Positions 38,113-51,370 of a DNA stretch of 64,000 bases are shown here, in pieces. The notes beneath the pieces were generated by a model. The model searched no databases. It worked only from the letters and a program-made list of their open reading frames with translations, and was not told the DNA's origin. Position 1 is the stretch's first letter, and the number at the start of each line of letters is the position of its first letter. A program made the translations under genes and the position numbers. Origin of the DNA: Diadema antillarum (taxonomy: Eukaryota); contig NW_027271554.1 in assembly GCF_040938485.1 (NCBI RefSeq), forward strand, positions 1,426,001 to 1,490,000, in the 5' to 3' direction.

Positions 38113-39049
38113 NNNNNNNNNNNNNNNNNNNNNNNNNNNNNNNNNNNNNNNNNNNNNNNNNNNNNNNNNNNNNNNNNNNNNNNNNNNNNNNNNNNNNNNN
38201 NNNNNNNNNNNNNNNNNNNNNNNNNNNNNNNNNNNNNNNNNNTACCTTCCTATATGAGGTTCCTCACTACATCAAGTTACAAAAACAAAGAAATGTTATG
38301 AATTGGGACCTGCAAAATTACCTTCTGACAGGAGTAACTGTTATATCTGACCTCTTTATAACAAGATTCTTTCTCTCTCCTCTCTCTATATATATACATT
38401 TATATGTATGTATGTATGGATAGATAAACAGATAGATAAATAGATGGATAAATAGATACTGTAAAATCAGAGATTGTCGTATGCATGAAACTAATGTGAA
38501 TTTCGCGAGGAGCCCACTGGTTTTGTCTAAACAATGCACTGAATGCTAGTGGCAATTCAATTCAGCTTTAATTTGTGAAAGTTCAATGCCATGAATGTTT
38601 CTAGTTTTACAGTAGATATACATGTGTGTAGATACTTACATGTACATAGATACGTATTGTATATTGTGTGTGTGGGGGAGGGAGGAGGTGTGCATGTTTG
38701 TGTCTAAAACTGTGAAAATGGATGACATTAATATACATGTACTTGTCATACAGTACATCCCTATCTGGTCAGTTTTTCAACTGTGATCCACTGCAGTGTG
38801 TTACTGTTCCTGTTGCACGTACACAAGTCCCCCGTGAAGTGAACTTTTGCTTTTTGGGGGAAAAGGAAAACTTATCCCTTGGAGAGACGTTAATGCTCTA
38901 CAATTCAGGGAAACCCTGCAGATGGTGAGCTCGCATAGGACAATGTGACGCTTTTTAAATAAGGAGAATTCGGCAGTGCCGATTTACCATTTCAGTATTT
39001 AGCTGGTCTCTCTTTTTTATAGCAAGGCCTTACATGAGGTACATGTACC

Positions 39050-39540
39050 AGTTATAACAAGGTCAAATTAGTGGTCCTAGCAAAGTTGCTATCTGTATAA
39101 CAGGATTCCCCTCTTCATACAATATGTACTTTTTAAAGTCATCAGAAAGAAAAGAGAGGTTTTTAAGGTCATATGGATTCCCTTTGCAAACATCACAAAA
39201 TTTTATGTGGTTGGAAAATAATGTCTCCCAACTTCATGTATGAAAGCGTATGGTACATACACCTCAAGAGTTTGTTTTGTTTTTCTTTCTAAAGAAATGA
39301 AAAACTAACCCCATGTCACTTCAGAATATGCCCCCCTTTTTGTACCAAGAACAACAGATGGAATTTTTTAAGGAGGTCTGAATAAATTCACTGGAAATCT
39401 ACAGTTTTGTTTCCCCCTCCATCACAGAGAAGTTTCCAGTTTTATCATTCTGAGGAAAAAAATGATACCCTCCTCTACAATATACCGGCTTATGAATGGA
39501 ATCTTGATTTTCAGGGTTTCAAAAGGGACACAAACACCTT
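39050..39540. repeat. Dispersed repeat, related to 44890-45290 (boundaries approximate)
   Basis: Shared blocks tttgcaaacatcacaaaatttt, aaaataat.tctcc, taaattcactggaaatct, aagtttccagttt, tttcagggtt. Confidence 0.6.
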
Positions 39541-40699
39541 ATATAACATGAACTATGTAATTCTTTATCTTTTTTTGTAATCCTTTGATCATCAACTAAT
39601 AAAATAGAGCGTAATATTAAGTGCATTTGAAGAGAATGACAAAGACAATGAGTGTACACCACAATTCCTTTTCACGACGGACTATTTTTAATACTGCCTC
39701 CTCATAAACAACTCCAAATACAATGAATACAAGAATGCATTGTTTTCTCTTTTTTTTTCACTTGTGATGCAAAATACTACATTACAAAGGCAACTTTATA
39801 CACACACCTATACAGGGTTTACAAATAAATTAATATCTAATATCTTCATAACACAATTACAGCATCGCACCGGTATGATGCAATGAATGTTTCCCTGTTA
39901 GAAACTTGGTGACAAGAATAAGATATCAGTAGTCTTTCCAAACTAATATTTTTTTTCTTTTACTTTTCATGAGACGCGCTGTATAATTATAATGGTGAAT
40001 ATGCCATGACAACACATGTCATTATGAACCATCACATCACAACAAAAACTAGAAGATGTGTAAGTACAAAATGCTGCATACTTGTCGACGGGGGGTATTT
40101 ATCACAATGTGAGTAACGGAGGATTTTTTTTTCATTCTCATCACAATGATTTAATACAGAAATACACCAATGGCACCACTATATCAATGGGTAGATGTTG
40201 CTGTATTATCGTCCTATTAATAAGCTAGTTTGTAGGACTTCTGCTCAGAAGTTACCGTACACATCTTGGTCCGGGATAATGGGTGATGGCACAACACTGC
40301 TTTAATACATTCTGCACAACCTTCAGTTCACAACACCACAGTTTCATCACAAGAATAGACCCACTTTTGACATATAGCTACCGTTCAGTGGGAACACACA
40401 GCCTAATCTCAGTGGTACAGAAAGCCCACATAAGCAAAAAAACTTCAGACTATGCCTTGGGATCAAAGAGGAAAACTACTTTGAAGGGTTTTGCTGTGAA
40501 AACATCCCAAACAGCTCCCAGTTTTGTATCACTTTGTTTTAGATCTGAAAACCTATAAGGAAATTGCTCAGTACTAGCAAATTTTGAATACTTTATAGTG
40601 ATTTTTTTTTTCACAAAAGCTATGATCTTTATTACATGCGGGACAACTAAAAATCCAACTTACTCTCTTGACAACGTAGCTCGAGAAACCACAAATTTA

Positions 40700-40891
40700 C
40701 ATACATGTGCATGAAATTGTTGCAAATTTTACAAGGAGCCAAGATTAGCGAAATTAAAATGCATGTGAAAGTTTTTGTCTTCACAATTCAGCGAGTGCCA
40801 CTCGCCAATTCGCGAAAGTTTCACGCCACGAATAAGGCCGTCGGCTTCTACTCGTGAAAGTTTTATGATGCGAGTGTTTCTGGTTTAACAG
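40700..40891. mobile_element. Diverged member of the TA-flanked CTGTA MITE family (left boundary approximate)
   Basis: Ends in tttaacag|ta; internal gcgaaattaaaatgcatg and ggccgtcggct (reverse of agccgacagcc) motifs. Confidence 0.5.
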
Positions 40892-41181
40892 TATTTCTTT
40901 GGCCTAATGAAACATTTTACTATAGTATATTGAAGTTTGAAATCAACACAAATACAAAAGGCAGAAACTTGGGACACTGATTTTGGATTGACATACACAT
41001 AGTAGGCCATTTGTCCTGTCTTGTTTGAAATAAATGTGGCCATGAGAAGACACATCATTCCTCCATGGACTTGTAGAGTGCAGAGATGGTTTAAGCTCTG
41101 AGATGCGTTTCTGTCGTCAGTGGGATACTGCAAAGGTGTGCCGAAAAGCTGCGCCAGCCCTTGCCATCTTATCTACTTTAA

Positions 41182-41640
41182 AGGGGAATTCCAGACGATT
41201 TTCATAATTTTGAATCGTGTAGTACATAAATCAATAGCTCCATGTATAGATTTGTGGAATTTATTGTGGTTCTTGAGCAGAGAAACAATACTTTCAAAAA
41301 CCTCAAACAAATTACACTGAACTAGGATGATGACATAGGAGGTTCACATATTTCAGAAATGTAGCAGTGTAATTCCATTACAATACCACTTGCTTGCGAG
41401 TTCACCTGTGTATAATCTATGCATGCCTTCTTCTTTTGTTCTGCTTCCTTGAGCCCCAACTCATGTATTCTTGCAGTGACTCTGCTATGTCATCATCCCT
41501 GTTCACTGCAATTTGTTTTAAATTTCGAAAATATTCTTATTCTTCATGCCAATTATGATAAATTATGAAACTCTGTCATCAGTACAACTAATTTACAGTT
41601 GTTCAAAGGTCAAAATCTGAAAATCATCTGGAGGTCTCCT
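41182..41640. mobile_element. Kolobok-like TTAA MITE
   Basis: TTAA|AGGGGAATTCCAGACGATTTT ... AAAATCATCTGGAGGTCTCCT|TTAA imperfect TIRs. Confidence 0.7.
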
Positions 41641-42084
41641 TTAACAATCGGCTACCTTGGTACACTTTCAGGTCTTTTACGATAACAGACTGGTTTAAAC
41701 GTAATATATTCACAGTGTGCGCTCACCAATATGCCAGAAACTTGACCAACAGGAAAAAAAAAACAATATGACACATGCAAATTGGATTCCATGTATTGAA
41801 ATGCACTGAGAATGTACAGATAGAAGAAATAGCTCGTTAGTACATCCTTTAAAAAAACAACAACAAAAGTGCCCATGAATTTGAATGCATGAGTAAGCCC
41901 TTTAACCTGAATAATGCAACTTTGAAGTATTTGGGCAATGTTGAGAGCAAAATGTACATGCATATTTCTCTGTCAGGCTCTGGTGCGATCTACAAGACAT
42001 ACACAGCATATCATTAATATGCTTGTACACTACAGTATACGGCAAGAAAGTTCTGCATGGAGCAGCCTACTCCTGGGTCATGCT

Positions 42085-42260
42085 GCATAAAAGTTGGGAT
42101 CAAACATAAGTCAGAAATCAAACACAAGTCTCTGAATATTCAATTCTGATTGGCTCATACATGACTTATGCTTGATTTTCATACTTAATATCTTTGATTG
42201 CATGTTTTTATGCAAGAGGGCCCTGGTATTTTTCTTTACATACATTTGCAGCAACAGCAT
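42085..42260. repeat. Dispersed short repeat with internal inverted repeat, related to 47440-47555
   Basis: aagtcagaaa(a)tcaaaca(c/t)aagtctctgaata.tcaattctgattggct...gacttatg in both copies. Confidence 0.6.
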
Positions 42261-44273
42261 TTTGTCCGGGTGGGGGTGGAAAAAACTTGGTATGGGCTGG
42301 TCCAATTCATCACAACAAGCTCCTAAGTTACCTTTATGCCTTTTACTACGTACAGCACACATACATGTACACATGCCATTTCTTTTCAAATTGTGATGGA
42401 TGGAAATATGACTATTTGCTTTTCTTTTTGGTCTTCCAGTGAAGCGAAGCTAAGAGATACTGCGTACTTTGCCCATGGAAGTGACACCAACACGCTCTTG
42501 TGCCCCGTACAGCATGAACTCGTCCAGACTGGACGCTGCACATCCCAACTGGCCAAAACAATATGAACAAACCACAAAAATGGTGCCAAAACCAAATAAT
42601 ACCAAACTTGATTTGATGCACAGCACACTCACAAGCACATCTTTTTTTCATGTTTCTCACTTTTTTCATCTTGTTTTTTAGATTGTACAGGTGACACACT
42701 ACATTACAACAACAGATGCCTTTAATACACACAGTAAATCTCTCTTCCAGCATAATGCACACCAGACAATATATACAGTTTGCGTTGCAGAAGACCATAA
42801 CAAACTACAGGTGTCACAGTGTACACAAATATGTACATCCAGTTTTTGGTGACCTTCTTGCAGGCAAGTTTTTTTGTTTTAAAAAAAAGTGACATTTTCT
42901 TCTCTCTCTCCCGCATGAGATCAAATGAATTCTCACACTTTTATTGCAGTTAGTTCAAAATCATAATGGACGCAATTCTGAGCTGTACATGAACTTTCTT
43001 GTAAAACTTTCCGACATATCTTTAAACACATTTCATGGAACGTACCACCACAAATGATCTCTGTGGTACCCACACCTCACAGATGGTCACAAGAGAAAAA
43101 CACCAATATCACTTGAATAAAATAAAAAAACAGATATTCCTCTATTTCTCTCCCACCACCCTCCACCCCCCCCCCCTTTCCCCCGACATGGCGGGAATGT
43201 AATGAGGAGCGCAAAGCCACATGACTTTCACAACCACGATTCTAATAACCCTTTGGCACCCGAGATGTTGTAATTTCTCATGGAGCCATCACTGGGCACA
43301 ACCGATTCCCCAAAAAGCATTGCATTTTAAAGTTCCCACAGCCACAATTGCACTTGACAAATTCTCAAGACCAGCTACTGTGTCCTCGCGTTTGGACGGG
43401 AGAAGATAACAACACAAATCCAATTGTTCACTGGCCCCCTTCACACTGTAACCCCACAGGAAATACAAAGACATCGCAACACCAATCTCTTACCATTATT
43501 GCCAATATATTGAAAATGTTATGCAACACCATCCCAACCTCTCATTCACTTCATTCTCTAGATTTCCCCTTCCAAATTCCGGCATGATGCAAAAATAGGT
43601 GAATATATGGACATCAGAGAGAATTTTCCATTCACAGTTCTGGTGAGCAACAAAAACCATCACATCACAAATATCTTGTCCTTCTTTTCTGATCATAATT
43701 CTGTTCCATCCGCTCTGTTTTGTACCAATAATAGATTGTCCAAGGCCTGCTACTTCTACGAGATGAATTAGAAAAGTTTTGAAAGAAATAAAAGGTACAT
43801 GTGGTCATAGAAAAGTTTTGAGAGAAATCATAGGTACGTTTGATAGCGTGTCCCAAACAGATGAAGACTGCATATTGAAACTGAAGTCTTTCCTTCAGAG
43901 ATTAATAGTATTTCATTTGTTTAATTATCTTCTTTCTTTTTTTGTGTGAGAATGCCTGTCTTCATTCTGTTCTGGAGAGATCATCAAACATTTCTCATAA
44001 TTTTTCCTTCAGTTTGAGTTAACAGGATGACTTTTGAACCATCTTACATTATAGTTTATTTGTGCCACTTCTCTAACAGCAGGGCACATTATGGGGTTTT
44101 TAGACCAAAGGAACAATTTTATCACAACCTTGTACATGTGATCTTGCCTACGAATACATGGCTGCTATTGGCTGATGGCATGGGCTTGAATATTTGTTTT
44201 GTCCCTAGCTTGTAACATTCATATCATCATAGTCAAGTGCAACAGAGTAAAGATCATGAACAATGCACTGCAT

Positions 44274-44275
<2 letters not shown>

Positions 44276-44324
<49 letters not shown>
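44276..44324. repeat. (CA)n microsatellite
   Basis: Direct reading; further (CA/TG)n tracts occur at ~33932-33960 and ~63916-63945. Confidence 0.95.
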
Positions 44325-44330
<6 letters not shown>

Positions 44331-44889
44331 AACATTTTTCAAAAGTCATCGACAACATTCCTTCACTAATAAAGAAGTGATAATCCTTCATGTGAAATGA
44401 TTTGAGTGCAAAAAAAAAAACAAAAAAACAAGAATACTCTCAACTGTCAAGATGGGAAATATATCTCACAAAAACGAATGAAATTTAAATGAAATGAAGA
44501 ACAAATGAAATTCAAACACTCCACCAACCCCCTGATAATACATGTAACTCTACCACAATAAATATACTACACAGAATTTACTACACACAAATACAATATG
44601 CTGAATAGAAATAAATAGAGGCAGGAAAAACAAGAAATGAATACACAGTTGTTCAAAGGTGTCATCTGGAGGCAGTGCTAGTAGAGAGAGAAATGCAGTA
44701 AATTATCAACAAGAGCAACATGATATCTACGACATATGGCACACAGACAAGCATGTTTAAATTTAGTAGTGAAAGCTTCCTGTGAAGGACAGATCTTTTT
44801 AGGTCTACCAGTGGTCCTCTTCTGCAATCTCGCCCTGGATTTGATTGGTTGGAAGTTGGCTTGGAATGTTTCTGGTTGGAATCGTCGAT

Positions 44890-45290
44890 TGGTCCTCCAC
44901 CATTGTTTAATAAACTCAAAAAGAACTAAAAGCTGATGTTGTGACTTTCAAAAGTTGTGTATCCCTTTTGCAAACATCACAAAATTTTGCATCATTGAAA
45001 AATAATATCTCCAAACATCGTGTATGAAATCTTACAGGAATAAACCTCAGTCTCTGATAAAGAAACAAAAAGCAAATCCCATGTCACCAGAGAATACTCT
45101 CTCGTTTTGTACTGATAATAACTGTTTTTCCAGGTCTGCATAAATTCACTGGAAATCTTTGTTTCCCCCGACATCATACTCAAGTTTCCAGTTTGATCTT
45201 TTTTTGGGAAGGCCTGAATTAGCCACCTCTATTATGTAAGGATGCTAACTTTCAGGGTTGGAAGAGGGACACACACACTTCAAATGAAAA
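44890..45290. repeat. Dispersed repeat, related to 39050-39540 (boundaries approximate)
   Basis: The same shared blocks in the same order. Confidence 0.6.
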
Positions 45291-46994
45291 AAAAAATCAA
45301 AGTCAAATTTGGTTATCAGAGAGAAATTGTCTGTAAGAGGTGAATATCAGCAGTTTGAATCACCACCTGCCAGACATAAACATATTACCCAGAGCTCCAA
45401 ACAAGCATATCTCCAATATTAGTTTTGCTGAAAAAAAAAAAAAAAGAAGCTAAAAATCACCTTCTTTTTACCACATGCTGACAGTAAAGCTCACGTTCTA
45501 GCACAAGCATCAAATGTTTTATCTCTGATGACAATTTCTCACAGAGTATTACAAAAAATGTGCATCATATCTGCACCGTGATGTCAATAAACACATCACA
45601 CTAACGAGCCTGTCAGTAGACCTTAGAAAGAATCAATCATAACTTTCACAATACTACATATCAAACATGCTTGAAAGAACAAGCACCCAAATTCTCTCCA
45701 TAAATGTATGACGTAGAAACAATGGCAGACTATATAACCAAATCTGATGCACAATCAATCACACCTTCATTGGCCAAAATTCTTTTTGAGTATGGGTTTG
45801 GTTTGGTGAGGATTATAAAAACTAGGGCAAGGGGGTGGAATGGGGTACAATTCCGGAAACAGTATGATTTCTTTCCTTATTTACTTGTACTTTTTTTGTC
45901 AATTTTTGTCAAATATAAAATGGATAAATGTAGATCATATGTAGGAATCTATACATCTTCATAATATGAGTATCTTCTGCAATATGAGAATACAAAATCA
46001 GTTGAACGGAGATAACAGGCATAAATCGCTATAGCTTAGCCTGTACATCTTCCGCAAACATGAAGTGTGTAGTATCAGTAATAAGAATACATACTCTTGC
46101 AAGCTAATAAGACTTGCAGTGTGACATCAATTCCGCATGACGTGTCCCTATGCAGTTAAGTACGCCGAACGGGAGGAAAACAAAAAACAGAAAAGAATTC
46201 CTTTTGAGTGGAAACCGTAAGTACGTGTGAAGACACACTATCAAAATGGCACCGTTTCAATTTCTATTCAAGTGAAGCATAGGGTGGACACACACCTATC
46301 AAAGGTTTTTGGCAAATATAAAGTATCATAAGTACAAACACAATAAGAATGAAATTCTTGAGAGCCCCGACCACCACAAAGTCGAGGCTATCTTACAGAC
46401 CAGACTAGAAATTCACATTGAGGTTGGTCCTCTAGCGTATGGAATGCCAACTTGTGACCTCATCATTTTGTACAATTCTGTAATACATACTTTGACAACA
46501 CAACTAAAACTGTCTCATGCAGAATCATGATTACCATGACAACACGCGCTGTTTGTCTGTCGATTTGTTTCATAAGTACAGAATCACGACACAAAAGTGA
46601 GAGGCTGAGGTCATCCCTTGCAAGTCAGAAAAATGAAGTTTTAACGCAGTCATGATCGATGAAACAAGTTATTAATAGCACACTGTTGATCTCAGACACC
46701 AAAACTTTAAGTCTGTTTTATACACTGTCTATCCCAGCTGGCCTTTCCTAGAGTGGTTAATGCCGAGTTTGCTTTGACTACTCACCCCTCCCTATACGCC
46801 CATGAATATGCAATACCGAATTAGCATAAACTTCAGAATCCAGACGCATTCTCTTCTTGACATTGGAGTTATGTTTCTTCTCTGAAATGATTTTGATATA
46901 TCTTTAAACCAAGCACACAACAATTATGGCAGCATGAGTACTTTATATGCATGTTAATAGCTAAAATAACCCCAAACAATGATATGGCTACAGA

Positions 46995-47279
46995 AGGCGC
47001 GGTCAGACAGGCAAAAGATCGAGAAGTTTAAGCTCGCGAAGTTTGGGCCATTCGTACGCGCGCAAGAAAGAGTGCCCCGTCCAATGGCTAGTGATTGTGA
47101 TGTAACAATGCACATCTGTACATGACAATGGCCTCGCGCTTCGGAGACACCGCCCACAAACAGATCGAGAAGTTTCGCGAGAAATTTCGCAGGAAGTTTG
47201 CGGTCACACTGGCAAAACTTCGAGATCTTAAAGATCGCGATCTTAAACTTCGCGATCTTTTGCCAGTCTGACCGCGCCT
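46995..47279. mobile_element. PIF/Harbinger-like MITE
   Basis: AGGCGCGGTCAGACAGGCAAAAGATCGAGAAGTTTAAG ... CTTAAACTTCGCGATCTTTTGCCAGTCTGACCGCGCCT, with AGA on both flanks. Confidence 0.82.
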
Positions 47280-49892
47280 AGAGATGCATAATTTATCCAC
47301 AAGAAGGGTTATAGTGCCAAGGAAGTAAGAGGGGCTAGAAGCTACATGTATCTTTGGACAATATGGGCAGATGAAAAGCCAAGGTGCAGTCTATGACTTC
47401 TGACCTAATAAGCTGCCAGCTGGGCCCTGTTGCATATTAAAAGTTGAGAACAAATGCAAGTCAGAAAATCAAACATAAGTCTCTGAATACTCAATTCTGA
47501 TTGGCTGATACCAGACTTATGGTTGATTTTCTGACTTATGCTTGATTGCATCAGGGCCAGAACAGGCATTTGAGGAAGAGCCCCACAACACACACTCAAC
47601 AGGCAAGGTGCCCATTCATATTTTTTTTCACTAGCCCAACAGTGACTTGCAGTAGCCCGGGGCAAGTAACATGTGGCCTTGCAGTGCCCTAGGACAAGAT
47701 TTCAGTCTGCAACAAGCTGATAACATCTACCCTTGGTGTGACAGAGAGAGCACTCTCCTTTCATTATTTGACATTCTTCCAGCGCAATTAAATTAGATGC
47801 ATTTCCAAGAAAGTGTCAATTGAAGGATTAAGTACAAAGTGGATCTAATTGAAGCAAGGTGGAAATTTTCAAATTTGAAACTAAAACGGCATAAAATCAC
47901 CATCTTTAGTTTGATGAAACACAAAGGTAAACAGGTCTCAAATTGCAAACAGAAGCAATTGATCAAGAGGTGATATTCCTGAATATAATTCTTTTCTGTC
48001 ACTTTTCACTGCTTCATATGATCTTGGTCATATTCACCTCAGCACTATGAAGTAACTAACACTGGCCAGATAACAACATGGTATACATCAAAGATTCTGG
48101 CCCCTACTTGTTCATAATTCCCAAATGATGTAGTGAAAAAATCCATTGCTTGATAAGCCTTCATACATTGTACCTTTAATAATCGCATTTTGCAGGATTT
48201 TAAAAACAATAATGCCAAGATCCCAAGATAAAGAAAGTTATTCTTACCTTTTACTCTTGTAAAAGGCTACAAATTGCTAAGTATTTGCATTACTTTTTGG
48301 CCAATTCTTTCCCCTTGAATAGAAGTGAAAGAAAAAGAATGGGGGGGGGGGGGGGGGGGGGGGGAGTAATAAGAGTCAGATAGACCAACCGGCAAAACAG
48401 TATAACAGTAATATATACAATCTTTGTAGATTGTAGAGCAGTGGAATTATGAGGTCCATTTTGACAAGACGATCAGTTTTGGGAAAGTCTACAGCTGACT
48501 GGTAAGGACGCCGCACCAGCAGATGTGATGCTTGGGACAAAAACGCAGGCTGGGAGAGAGTCAAAGGTTATGCAAGTTTACATACTTTGTCATTTTATTC
48601 CTATCTGTTCACAAACATCTGGTGCTTAGCCAAAACCTCGGGGGGAGTGGCCTGTGTCTGACTCAGACATATCAAAGTTCGCAGTTGCACATCACCACCT
48701 GTGAAATAAGATGGCTGACCTTACATGTGTCTTAATCTAAAGGATTTCATTTGTTTGGCCACAGAAAATGTGTGCATGCATCGTCTGAGTCTAACACTGG
48801 CAATGCCTTTCTGCTTTTAACACTCACAAACTAGCTTGAAAAAAGCAGGTAGAAAAAAAAAATGATATGAATATTTGGCCTTATTCTACTGTGTGTGGCA
48901 AAAAAAAAAATATATATATATATCTTGATTATGTCTTACTTGCAAAGCATCACACTGTTACAAATTTTGTAGCATTATTGTGACAAATACAAAAATGTTA
49001 AACTATTCCAAGGGGACAAGATATCTCATCAGATAACTGTATCCATGGCAAAAATACAAACAAACCAACAAACTGTTTTTCCACCTTAATTCCTGCTGAA
49101 GGAATGAGTATCAACTGCAAGTGCAGCCCATCATTTTTTTTTAAATCATCTTCTCCCTTATCAGCCCCCCCCCCCCCCCCCCCCCTCCTGTTTTCCCATT
49201 TCCAATGCTAGGAGGCAGAGACGGGTGTAGTTTGTGTTGGAACTGAACACAACTTAGGGCTGCACAAACACACACCAGAGAAAGGTTCACCATTCTCATC
49301 CCCCATCCCCATCCTCCGCCCCTCCCTTTCCCTCTCCCCATCCACCAATACTAAACCAGTGTTCCTCATGTCGCGCTCATATGACTGTCACACTCAACCA
49401 GTTGGGGGGTGAGTAAAAAAAAAAAAGCAGTCAACACGCAGACTGGTGAACAACCACAAACTCTGGACAATCATTGGTGCATTCATGTGAGTGATACCAA
49501 CACATATTTGATGACAATCTGCACAGGAGTAGAAGAGTTGGTGCCTGTCTGTCCAAAGTCCACTCCCTTTTCTGCCACCATCTTTCCTTTTCCTAAGAAA
49601 AGCAAGAAATGTTTGTGCAAAGGTCTCGGACAACTGACCTCCGATCATTGATGTATCCATGTGCGTATCCAAGAGAGTCTTCATCATACATCAAGATGTG
49701 AGCATCTACCTTTTCACTTTTTAACATTAGCATGTGACTTTCATAAAAATCACTGCTGCTTGTTAACAGTTAGACTGGTACCACTATCTTGTCTTCCATC
49801 ATGATCCATGCCAGGTAGTCAAGTCAAGTCAGCGTGGTTGAGAGATGGGAACGCGCACCCTGCAACAACTACCCACTCAGGATGGAGACTGG

Positions 49893-50017
49893 TTATCCCA
49901 TGTTGTCCAGGACAGTCTGTGCAAGCTGCTTGAGCTGCGCCGAGTGAGAAGAGGTCAGAATGGTGTCCACCAGCTTGGGGAGAGACGATTCCCCGAACGC
50001 CGTCCTGAAAGCTTCCG
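49893..50017 (-). CDS. VAC8: Vac8-like terminal coding exon: (S)EAFRTAFGESSLPKLVDTILTSSHSAQLKQLAQTVLDNMG*
   Basis: Strong acceptor ttcttgccatcccctccctacag|; 125 nt, phase 1; stop TAA at 49895-49893. The terminal amphipathic helix resembles the Vac8 C-terminal helix. Confidence 0.8.
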
Positions 50018-50119
50018 CTGTAGGGAGGGGATGGCAAGAAGAAACTTGAAATTAAAGAAATGAAGCAAAAAACATTTTCCTATCAATGAGACAAGAGTAG
50101 ACTGGATACATCAGTTGCA

Positions 50120-51205
50120 ATCATCATTAGCACAATTATCACCATTTATAAAACTTATTACAAACTATAAGCACCACCACGTCTGACATGATCATCACCC
50201 TCTTACCAGCATCACCACAATTTATGTTAATCATCAGCAACATCATTCTCATGACTATCACCATGATAATATCTATTGCCTTAATCATTATCTTCTTCCT
50301 CATCACGTCATCATTATCACCATTATCATATTCATTGTCACCATTAGAATCATCCAACTGTTGACACAGACATTATCGTCTTCATTATCATTGTCATCAC
50401 TGTCACCAGAAACAGAGACTTTCCTATCAATGAGACAAGTACAGATTGGATACATCAGTTGCAACTATCATCATCACCATCAACACCGTCATCATCGCCA
50501 TCATCACTATCACCATATCCTTATCACCATCACCNNNNNNNNNNNNNNNNNNNNNNNNNNNNNNNNNNNNNNNNNNNNNNNNNNNNNNNNNNNNNNNNNN
50601 NNNNNNNNNNNNNNNNNNNNNNNNNNNNNNNNNNNNNNNNNNNNNNNNNNNNNNNNNNNNNNNNNNNNNNNNNNNNNNNNNNNNNNNNNNNNNNNNNNNN
50701 NNNNNNNNNNNNNNNNNNNNNNNNNNNNNNNNNNNNNNNNNNNNNNNNNNNNNNNNNNNNNNNNNNNNNNNNNNNNNNNNNNNNNNNNNNNNNNNNNNNN
50801 NNNNNNNNNNNNNNNNNNNNNNNNNNNNNNNNNNNNNNNNNNNNNNNNNNNNNNNNNNNNNNNNNNNNNNNNNNNNNNNNNNNNNNNNNNNNNNNNNNNN
50901 NNNNNATGNNNNNNNNNNNNNNNNNNNNNNNNNNNNNNNNNNNNNNNNNNNNNNNNNNNNNNNNNNNNNNNNNNNNNNNNNNNNNNNNNNNNNNNNNNNN
51001 NNNNNNNNNNNNNNNNNNNNNNNNNNNNNNNNNNNNNNNNNNNNNNNNNNNNNNNNNNNNNNNNNNNNNNNNNNNNNNNNNNNNNNNNNNNNNNNNNNNN
51101 NNNNNNNNNNNNNNNNNNNNNNNNNNNNNNNNNNNNNNNNNNATGACCATCACCATCAGCAATCACCATCATCACCATCACCATTATCATCACTATCATC
51201 ATTCT
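50120..51205. repeat. (CAT/CAC)n low-complexity intronic region enclosing N-gap 50535-51142
   Basis: Degenerate CAT repeats on both sides of the gap. Confidence 0.85.
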
Positions 51206-51244
51206 CTCTATCACCTCTGAGCAATGCATGTATGAGTGTCTTAC

Positions 51245-51370
51245 ACTTGAGGAGGTGGACAATGGTCCAGAGAGAGATGTGGATGAAGCCGGCGTCCGAG
51301 CTGCGGAGGAAACGGGTCAGGTACTTCTGGAGCATGGAGATGTTGGCAGATATCAGCTCGGGGGGCAGGC
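51245..51370 (-). CDS. VAC8: Vac8-like exon: (S)LPPELISANISMLQKYLTRFLRSSDAGFIHISLWTIVHLLK
   Basis: Acceptor atcttttgccag| and donor AAGT|gtaaga; 126 nt, phase 1 to 1. Resembles the Vac8 motif YLxRFLxSxDxTFQHIAVWTIVQLLE (recalled). Confidence 0.88.
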
